Below, one piece after another: positions 8,127-12,377 of a stretch of 12,377 nt of DNA (position 1 is the first letter of the stretch; each line of letters begins with the position of its first letter). The notes under the pieces are model-generated. The model saw nothing but the letters and a program-made list of their open reading frames with translations. It did not search any database and was not told the origin of the DNA. Source of the DNA: Deinococcales bacterium (lineage in GTDB: Bacteria > Deinococcota > Deinococci > Deinococcales > JAAFIG01); NCBI GenBank assembly GCA_043778225.1, contig JAYWGM010000102.1, forward strand, positions 1-12,377, read 5' to 3'. A program made the translations under genes and the position numbers.

Positions 8127-9471
8127 AAGCCTCCTCGAGACTTTCTTGTACAATTCCAACAATCTCGGTGATTTCAGCGCTCGAGACGGTGAGCGGCGGC
8201 GCAATCGCAATACCATTATCGCCACAACGCACAATCAAACCACGTTTTCGGGTAGCAACTTGGAGCTTGCTGCCAATCGAAAGCGGCGGATAAGCGGCTT
8301 TGGTGGTTTTATCCTGCACCACTTCGACCAGCATCATTAAGCCCTTGGCGCGAACATCACCAACGTTGGGATGTGCCAGTACACTCTGCATTTGCTCGAG
8401 TAATTCTAAGCCACGCACTCGAGCATTTTCGGGCAACGTTTCCGACTCGAGGATAGCAATGTTCTCGAGTGCCACAGCGCACGCCACTGGATGCCCCGAG
8501 TAGGTAAAGCCGTGCATAAACATTCGGTCGGGTTGAATCAGTTGGTTATAAATCGCGTCGGTCACACCGACCGCCCCAAGTGGAATATAGCCACTGGTGA
8601 TGCCTTTAGCCAGACACAAAATATCTGGCGCAAAGTCATAAGTCTGAATACCAAACATCTTTCCCGAGCGTCCAAAGCCAGTAATCACCTCATCGGCAAT
8701 CAACAAAATCTGGTATTTATCGCAGACTTGACGAATCATTTGCCAGTAGCCATCTGGGGCGGGGCAAACCCCACCCGCGCCTTGGGTTGGTTCACCTAAA
8801 AATGCGGCAATGGTCTGTGCGCCCTCACGTGCAATTGTCTCCTCGAGTTCGGTTTCAAGGCTTTTAAGAAAGGCTTCTGGCTCGAGATTATGCGGGTTGG
8901 AACGGTAAAAATTTGGGCTGCTGACGTGTAAAAAACCAAGTGCGGCTGGACCAAAATCTTTCCAGTAGGCGGGTACGCCCGTGGCGGTTGTGGTCAGACC
9001 ACCAATGCCGTGGTAGGCATTGTGTCTCGAGATAATTTTAATCTTTTCGGGTTGGTTTTGAATTGCCCAAAAGTACCGCGCGATTTTGATGGCGCTTTCG
9101 TTGGATTCCGAGCCACCAGAGGTAAACTGAAAATGATTGATGCTGCCCGGTACGATTTGCGCCAGTTTGGCTGCCAATTCAATACTTGGTGGTGTGGCTA
9201 AACCAAAAAAATTAGGCGCAAATGCCAAAGTGTTCATCTGGGTTTTGGCGGCTTCGGCAAGTACGCTGCGCCCGTGTCCGACGTTGATGTTCCAAAGTCC
9301 AGCAAAGCCATCTAGGTACGATTTTCCAGTGCTGTCCCAAACTCGAGTGCCTTGTCCTTTGGTCAGGATTAAAGCTCCAGTTTTGGCATGGCGGTGCAAA
9401 TTGGTGACTGGGTGCAGAATATGCGCTAAATCTAAAGCCAGAAGCCGTTCGGTATCCCAAGATGAGGTCAT
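8116..9471 (-). CDS. Class-III PLP-dependent aminotransferase (omega-amino acid / polyamine:pyruvate transaminase-like)
   Basis: 451 aa with motifs YLDGFAGLWNINVGHGR, SGGSESNE, AYHG, EPTQGAGG, LLIADEVITGFGRSG, LAKGITSGYIPLG (PLP lysine) and HGFTYSGHPVACAVA. Substrate cannot be fixed from the sequence. Confidence 0.93.
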   Translation of the reverse strand: MTSSWDTERLLALDLAHILHPVTNLHRHAKTGALILTKGQGTRVWDSTGKSYLDGFAGLWNINVGHGRSVLAEAAKTQMNTLAFAPNFFGLATPPSIELAAKLAQIVPGSINHFQFTSGGSESNESAIKIARYFWAIQNQPEKIKIISRHNAYHGIGGLTTTATGVPAYWKDFGPAALGFLHVSSPNFYRSNPHNLEPEAFLKSLETELEETIAREGAQTIAAFLGEPTQGAGGVCPAPDGYWQMIRQVCDKYQILLIADEVITGFGRSGKMFGIQTYDFAPDILCLAKGITSGYIPLGAVGVTDAIYNQLIQPDRMFMHGFTYSGHPVACAVALENIAILESETLPENARVRGLELLEQMQSVLAHPNVGDVRAKGLMMLVEVVQDKTTKAAYPPLSIGSKLQVATRKRGLIVRCGDNGIAIAPPLTVSSAEITEIVGIVQESLEEAFRI

Positions 9472-9477
9472 AAACCA

Positions 9478-9483
9478 ATTCTA
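9478..9483 (-). promoter_or_regulatory. Putative -10 box (TAGAAT) of a leaderless promoter for the aminotransferase
   Basis: Minus strand reads CTCGAG-G-TAGAAT-tggttt-ATG(9471). TANNNT lies 6 nt before the ATG, matching the leaderless architecture known to be common in Deinococcus. Confidence 0.65.
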
Positions 9484-9534
9484 CCTCGAGAAAGGTCTGC
9501 TTTTATCTCGAGAACAACCGATTTGCCATGAAAG

Positions 9535-10386
9535 TCACTGAGCCTGCATTTTGGCAGCCAACACCGTGTTGTACAGTAAATGTGAGACCGTCATTGGTCC
9601 AACCCCACCGGGGACTGGTGTAATCGCGGAGGCTATCGCCGTTACGTCAGTGCTACAATCGCCAACCAGTTTTTGGGTACCATCCACCAGAATTCGGTTA
9701 ATGCTGACATCTATCACCACCGCACCCGCTTTGACAAATTCTGGGGTAATAAAATTCACCCGTCCCACAGCCGTGACCAAAATATCGGCTTCCCTTGCCA
9801 CACTTGCAAGCTCAACCGTTCTCGAGTGGGCAATCGTGACGGTGGCGTTGCGCTCGAGACACAGGGCTGCCAAGGGCTTACCAACCAATTGCGAACGGTT
9901 GATAATCACGACTCGCTTACCCTCGAGTGGAATGTTGTAAAAATCGAGCATTGAAATAATCCCAGCTGGTGTACAACTGCGTAAGCCAACCTGTCCAGCC
10001 CAGAGCCGTCCAGTGTTGACGACGTGCAAGCCATCCACATCTTTATTGGGGTCAATGGCTGCCAGAATCACGCTTTCGCGGATGCTTGAGCCTTTAGGAA
10101 AAGGCAACTGCACCAAAATACCATGTGTGCCACTATCGGCATTCAAAACTTTAATCAACTCGAGCAAAGTGTTTTCCGAGGTATCGGCGGGCAATTCGGT
10201 CAGGGTGCTGTCCATGCCGATTTTTTTGGCACGGCGGGCTTTAAGGCGAGTATACGAAACACTGGCGGGGTCATCGCCAACCCGAACAACGTGCAAATGT
10301 GGTTTGAAACCTAAAGCCGCCATTTGGGCTTGGGCTTGCTCGAGTAATGCTGCCGCCGCGAGGTTGCCATCTAAAATTTGGGTCAT
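9535..10386 (-). CDS. folD: Bifunctional methylenetetrahydrofolate dehydrogenase/cyclohydrolase FolD
   Basis: 283 aa with VGDDPASVSYTRLK (YxxxK), HGILVQLP, IDPNKDVDG, CTPAG, RSxLVGKP, ATVTIAHSRT, ADILVTAVG and ITPVPGGVGPMT. ATGA overlap with the nusB stop (10383-10386). Confidence 0.97.
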   Translation of the reverse strand: MTQILDGNLAAAALLEQAQAQMAALGFKPHLHVVRVGDDPASVSYTRLKARRAKKIGMDSTLTELPADTSENTLLELIKVLNADSGTHGILVQLPFPKGSSIRESVILAAIDPNKDVDGLHVVNTGRLWAGQVGLRSCTPAGIISMLDFYNIPLEGKRVVIINRSQLVGKPLAALCLERNATVTIAHSRTVELASVAREADILVTAVGRVNFITPEFVKAGAVVIDVSINRILVDGTQKLVGDCSTDVTAIASAITPVPGGVGPMTVSHLLYNTVLAAKMQAQ

Positions 10387-10961
10387 GGCGTTCCGCTTTG
10401 GCTGCTGCGCTTTTTGGCACTGCGCCCTTTATTGGCTCGTTTTTCTGGCGAGGCTTCACGCTCGAGTAACCGCGCCAAAACACCATTGACAAATTTGCTC
10501 GAGTCGTCGCCACCGTAGCGCTTGGCAAGGCGCACCGCAATTTCGATGGCTACAGCAGCTGGGGTCGGGAAGTGCAGAATTTCAAAACTGGCAAGGCGTA
10601 AAATGGCTAAATCGGTTTGGCTCATTTGGCTAAACGTCCAGCCCTCAATCACCCGTTGCAAGGTCTGGTCTACGTGGTCGCGGTATTCGTCGTAACCAAG
10701 CAATAAGCGGTGGGCAAAGGCAATCGCTTCGGGGTTAAGGCTCTCAGAGCTTGCCTCGAGCATTCCCTCTTCGGTTTCGGGGTCGAGGGCATCATCGAGG
10801 GCGTGCTGTAAATCGAGTTTGGCTTCCGCCCATGCAACGTTAATGCTGTGTTTACCTTGTTCGCTCGAGAACAAAACCCGAAATGCAAGTTCTCGAGCTT
10901 TGTTACTGCCATTTAAGACAGGTGAACTGTTACTGCCATTCAGCGTAAGTGCTTCAGACAT
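10383..10961 (-). CDS. nusB: Transcription antitermination factor NusB (start placed at ATG 10961, MSEALTL)
   Basis: Motifs ARELAFRVLF, GWTFSQMSQTDLAILRLA.FEI and VAIEIAVRLAKRYGGDDSSKFVNGVLARL. Lies between asp23 and folD, a conserved context. ATG 10961 overlaps the asp23 stop (ATGTCTGA), suggesting translational coupling. Confidence 0.95.
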   Translation of the reverse strand: MSEALTLNGSNSSPVLNGSNKARELAFRVLFSSEQGKHSINVAWAEAKLDLQHALDDALDPETEEGMLEASSESLNPEAIAFAHRLLLGYDEYRDHVDQTLQRVIEGWTFSQMSQTDLAILRLASFEILHFPTPAAVAIEIAVRLAKRYGGDDSSKFVNGVLARLLEREASPEKRANKGRSAKKRSSQSGTP

Positions 10962-11307
10962 TGGCAACCATAGGCAGCACAACACCTTGCACCGTCACAT
11001 TGACGCTTTGCACACTTAACCCAGTCATCACTTCGATGTTTTCGGCAACTGTGCGTTGGACTTCTTTAGCCACATCGGGAATAACCCTGCCATAATCAAC
11101 ATTGACGCTTAAATCGACCACGACATTGCTGCCGTCCCTCGAGACGTTAATGCCTTTAAGGCGTTTACCATTAAAAAATTCGCCGAGTTGCAATGGCGGC
11201 GAGACTGGCACTACGCCTTGCACACTCTCGAGGGCGATACTGGCAATACCAGTAATCACGTCTTTGTTAATATCTACATCCAAATTTTTCGCGCCTTTAG
11301 CAGCCAT
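10954..11307 (-). CDS. Asp23/Gls24 family envelope stress response protein
   Basis: 117 aa with VITGIASIALESVQGV, KGINV, VVVDLSVNVDYGRVIPDVAKEVQRTV and IEVMTGLSVQSVNVTVQGV. Directly upstream of nusB. Confidence 0.93.
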   Translation of the reverse strand: MAAKGAKNLDVDINKDVITGIASIALESVQGVVPVSPPLQLGEFFNGKRLKGINVSRDGSNVVVDLSVNVDYGRVIPDVAKEVQRTVAENIEVMTGLSVQSVNVTVQGVVLPMVANV

Positions 11308-11313
11308 AGGCGT

Positions 11314-11319
11314 ATTCTA
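11314..11319 (-). promoter_or_regulatory. Putative -10 box (TAGAAT) of a leaderless promoter for the asp23-nusB-folD operon
   Basis: Minus strand reads CTCGAG-C-TAGAAT-acgcct-ATG(11307). No Shine-Dalgarno sequence; same spacing as the aminotransferase promoter. Confidence 0.7.
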
Positions 11320-11327
11320 GCTCGAGA

Positions 11328-12260
11328 ATGAATTGTTTTCTAGGTCTAAAAGCTGACGCAGCCCAAGCTCCAAGCCCATCCTCGAGCAACACCGCCCCAC
11401 TCCAAGCTGCACCAAGTGGGGTCGCTGTGACAGCCAGCAGTGTCTCGAGTCCAAATAGTGTTCCAAGTGCGCCAAGTGTTACCGCCTCGAGTGTCACCAG
11501 CCCTAATGCCAGTGTCTCGAGTCCGAGTGTAGTCTCGAGTGTTAGTAGTCCTAGTGCCTCGAGTTCGGCTTCTGTGGTCTCGAGTGTTACGCCTGTTGGT
11601 GTGACTGTTAAGCCGTTGGATTTAACGGCTGGTCAAATTGCTGGTGTGAAAAAGATTCTCCAAGATATTTATAGTCCCGCCATGTCCTTAGCCGATAATG
11701 CCGAATTGAGTGAAAAAGAAACTCAGCTCTTGCTTGATGAAATAGAAGCACGGTCACAACAAGAGATGGCAAACCAAACAGCAGCCATGTACTTACGCAC
11801 TGGGCAATGTGCTTCGGCTGGTGCGTGTCAAAAGAAAGCCGAAGAGGATGTAAAAGCAATTTTTGAATATCAAAATGTGATGGGAATGTCCCAAGAAGAC
11901 CGAATCAAAATGAACGCTGATTTAGCAGTTGGCTTGTACACTGGGGCAACCAATAAAGATAAATTCGAGGGTATCAGACATGATGCAGCTTGGACAGTCA
12001 ACACAGTAAAAGCCTGTGAGAAAAATGGTCAACTTGGTGCTGATTGTAATAAATTAAATGCTTTGGCTAAAAGTGGAGCATATAAGCCTGGTGGTAAGAT
12101 GGACTTAGCAAATCGTGCTAATAGTTATTTGGGTAAAGAAAGTAAAGCACTTGTTAATGGTGCTGAGAATACTGCAATTAGACACATCAATCGCGGAATA
12201 TTAAACTATTGTCAGAGCTTAGAGCGTGTTTATAAAGTGGGTAAAGTCGGTCAGAATTAA
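11328..12260 (+). CDS. Hypothetical protein with Ser/Pro/Val-rich low-complexity N-terminus and Cys-containing helical C-region; probably 3'-truncated by an IS at 12222 (possible pseudogene)
   Basis: 310-aa ORF with no recognisable family. The last 12 residues and the stop (ERVYKVGKVGQN*) come from the apparent IS end. The start codon is uncertain, being only 20 nt from the divergent asp23 ATG. Confidence 0.6.
   Translation: MNCFLGLKADAAQAPSPSSSNTAPLQAAPSGVAVTASSVSSPNSVPSAPSVTASSVTSPNASVSSPSVVSSVSSPSASSSASVVSSVTPVGVTVKPLDLTAGQIAGVKKILQDIYSPAMSLADNAELSEKETQLLLDEIEARSQQEMANQTAAMYLRTGQCASAGACQKKAEEDVKAIFEYQNVMGMSQEDRIKMNADLAVGLYTGATNKDKFEGIRHDAAWTVNTVKACEKNGQLGADCNKLNALAKSGAYKPGGKMDLANRANSYLGKESKALVNGAENTAIRHINRGILNYCQSLERVYKVGKVGQN
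11381..11585 (+). repeat. Degenerate coding repeat G(T/C)CTCGAGT encoding (V/A)-Ser-Ser
   Basis: CTCGAG at 11381, 11444, 11486, 11516, 11534, 11558 and 11579. The last six are GYCTCGAGT. Spacings 63, 42, 30, 18, 24 and 21 are all multiples of 3. Confidence 0.8.
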
Positions 12261-12377
12261 GCTGTGAAACAAAAAACCTATACCAGTAGCCTTACCCGTG
12301 AACAGTTTAAGCGTCTCGAGCCATTATTACCACTGGCTAAAAGTGGTGGTCGTCCAAGAACAGTAGAAATGTTCGAG
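12222..12377 (+). mobile_element. Left end of an IS5-family insertion sequence (IS1031-like), truncated by the window
   Basis: TTA (12219-12221), a TWA-type target, is followed by GAGCGTGTTTATAAAGT, resembling IS1031-group terminal inverted repeats as I recall them. A transposase start follows 42 nt inside. The right end is not visible, so the boundary is inferred. Confidence 0.75.
12264..12377 (+). CDS. IS5-family transposase N-terminus (DUF4096-like), 3'-partial
   Basis: GTG start gives MKQKTYTSSLTREQFKRLEPLLPLAKSGGRPRTVEMFE, matching the Y-x-S-x-L-(T/S)...(L/I)EPLLP...GGRPR N-terminal signature of IS5 transposases. Too short to appear in the ORF track. Confidence 0.88.
   Translation, partial: MKQKTYTSSLTREQFKRLEPLLPLAKSGGRPRTVEMFE

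Noticed and set aside
8116..9471. Specific assignment as bioA, spuC, gabT or argD
   Set aside because: The motifs define class III only. There is no pathway context in the window, so no gene symbol is given.
10962..10985. Longer nusB start at 10985 (MLCCLWLP...)
   Set aside because: It overlaps asp23 by 32 nt and adds implausible residues. ATG 10961, coupled to the asp23 stop, is more credible.
7828..11320. Alternative ORFs overlapping the aminotransferase, folD, nusB and asp23 (for example 7828-8340, 9137-9541, 10013-10489)
   Set aside because: They overlap well-supported conserved genes and have no recognisable protein features.
11381..11585. CRISPR array or iteron cluster
   Set aside because: The repeat is only about 9 nt with irregular spacings that are all multiples of 3, inside a Ser-rich reading frame. 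No cas or rep genes are nearby.
96..12320. CTCGAG excess as a cloning artifact (XhoI concatemers) or synthetic recoding
   Set aside because: Sites lie in frame inside intact conserved genes and in all three frames without breaking colinearity, which ligated restriction fragments would not do.

Overview
Bacterial chromosomal segment, most likely from a Deinococcota (Deinococcales-like) organism with unusually low GC, roughly 45-50% by eye. It carries a giant 5'-truncated TamB/DUF490 (AsmA-like) envelope protein on + (to 8126). Convergent with it is a minus-strand run: asp23/gls24-family gene, nusB, folD, then a class-III PLP aminotransferase. After that comes a divergent orphan ORF with a Ser/Pro-rich N-terminus, cut at its 3' end by an IS5-family element that runs off the window. 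The main unexplained signal is the palindrome CTCGAG. I counted about 94 copies by hand (about 1 per 130 bp, versus about 3 expected). They occur in all reading frames, in both short non-coding gaps and in the IS, so the motif behaves like a highly iterated palindrome (HIP). CTCGAG also sits one base upstream of the -10 box in both apparent leaderless promoters (TTCTCGAG-S-TAGAAT-N6-ATG). It also marks both junctions of a fold-back inversion at 1-241, which is probably a chimera at the contig start. The TamB-like protein contains a tandem duplication of about 576 aa whose copies carry CTCGAG at non-homologous positions.
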